Positions 62,697 to 64,000 of a DNA stretch of 64,000 bases are shown one piece after another. The translations under genes were made by a program, and so were the position numbers. This DNA is from Antedon mediterranea. Its lineage: Eukaryota; Animalia; Echinodermata. The number at the start of each line of letters is the position of its first letter. Position 1 is the first letter of the stretch. Where the stretch lies: assembly GCF_964355755.1 (NCBI RefSeq), contig NC_092680.1, positions 5,456,001 through 5,520,000 on the forward strand, written 5' to 3'. The notes below the pieces were generated by a model. It saw only the letters and a list, made by a program, of their open reading frames with translations, made no database searches and was not told where the DNA came from.

Positions 62697-63743
62697 ATGA
62701 CTAGTTATCGCAAACTTATCTTTTTATTGTGCATTTTACACGGCTTCTTTGAGGTACATTCAAATAATGAGACTGAAGCTAGATCTGCAGACACTGACAC
62801 GGCACCTAAAGACACTGAAGTAACACCTACATACACTGACCCAAAACCTACAGACACTGAAGCAACACCTACAGGCATTGATTTAACACTTACAGGCACT
62901 GATTTAACACCTACAGGCACTGATTTAACACCTACAGAAATTAAAGCATCACCTACAGACACTTACTCAACACCTACAGACACTGAAACAACACCTACAG
63001 GCACTGAAGCAACACCTACATACACTGAAGCAACACCTACATACACTGAAGCAACACCTACAAACACTGAATCAACACCTACAGACAATGAAGGAACACC
63101 TACAGACAATGAAGGAACACCTACATATACTGAAGCAACATCTACAGGCACTGAATCAACAGGTACACATGATGAGGATGGTAAGACAAGTGATGTCAGT
63201 TCAAGTGATTATCCATACTCAAGTGATAAATCAAGCGAAGTTCAAAATGACGAACATACCGAGTAAGTAATCATTGTTTTAGTTTTGTATTTTAATTCCC
63301 AAGCACAGTCGTCGCAGGCATACAGTAGGCCTATTACATGAAAGAGTGCCTAATTAATATTGAAGGTAACCAATATATAAACCACAGAAAAGGTAATAGA
63401 TTAGTAATTTCATTTCGAATGCGGTTTTATTACCGACAAACATACTAAAGTTTTCATATACCCTGTATCTGGCATGATGATTAAATTGTTATACAACACA
63501 GACTTGCCAGGCCTATACATTATAGATATTGGTGTTTTCTATGATTTTTAGAGGATATCTTATAACTACATCGCAACTATGGATATCAGACAGTATAGAA
63601 ATTATATGCGTTGCGTATCTTAAAAACCTACAAACGTTGAAATCAGAGTAGAGAACACGTACAGTAATTGGTGGTATCCTAGATTTTCCATGTATCATTC
63701 ACAAACATTCCATAAAGGCGGAAGCGATTGTTTCGAAGTAAAG
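62697..63743 (+). CDS. A2M-like copy 3, exons 1-2 (gene runs off the window); apparent 1-nt frameshift in exon 2
   Basis: Exon 1 (62697-63262) has the signal peptide and about 18 VNTR units. Exon 2 is near-identical to copy 2 but has five rather than six As at 63622-63626. Confidence 0.8.
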
Positions 63744-64000
63744 GTAAATGGAAACATATTCTTATTCTATATATTTCTTTATGTTTTTAAACGGATATAA
63801 AAATTGTGTACGCTTCATTACCAACACTAAGCAAGTGCTACGGCATGGCGATTTAGTAGTGGGGTGATGTTATACAGGAAGTAATCAAAGCACAGTGTAC
63901 ATAATTCCCACCTCCAAGCAGAACTCGTATACATCCATGCTCTTGAGGCTACTCATTAGGCTAATAGCCTGGCAAAAGATTTTGTTATTTAGTTTATTTG

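Overview
This is AT-rich eukaryotic (animal) DNA with spliceosomal introns. The repeat families and gene content suggest an invertebrate deuterostome such as an echinoderm, which is inference. Left to right: (1) a ~3.4 kb satellite built from nested hairpin units; (2) an 8-coding-exon CCDC122 orthologue on the minus strand; (3) an intact SLC10 (ASBT/SLC10A2-like) bile acid:sodium symporter gene and a tandem pseudogene copy; (4) five single-coding-exon Ig-superfamily type I membrane proteins. Four of these form a family with very divergent ectodomains and a near-invariant cytoplasmic motif GRIKRxxELP[DE][FM]Y, and three carry an unassigned Cys-rich module; the fifth is a 3-Ig receptor with a Tyr-motif tail; (5) a tandem array of alpha-2-macroglobulin-type thioester protein genes (two full-length copies plus the start of a third) with an unusual N-terminal Thr-rich 21-bp VNTR of variable length and unrelated bait regions. 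Interspersed elements include a Penelope-like retroelement with inverted terminal repeats and a decayed hammerhead motif, PIF/Harbinger-like MITEs, Helentron-type HINEs and tRNA-derived SINEs. The best candidate for an undescribed system is the diversified Ig-receptor family next to the diversified mucin-tailed A2M array. Splice models, counts and alignments were made by eye; no database search was run.
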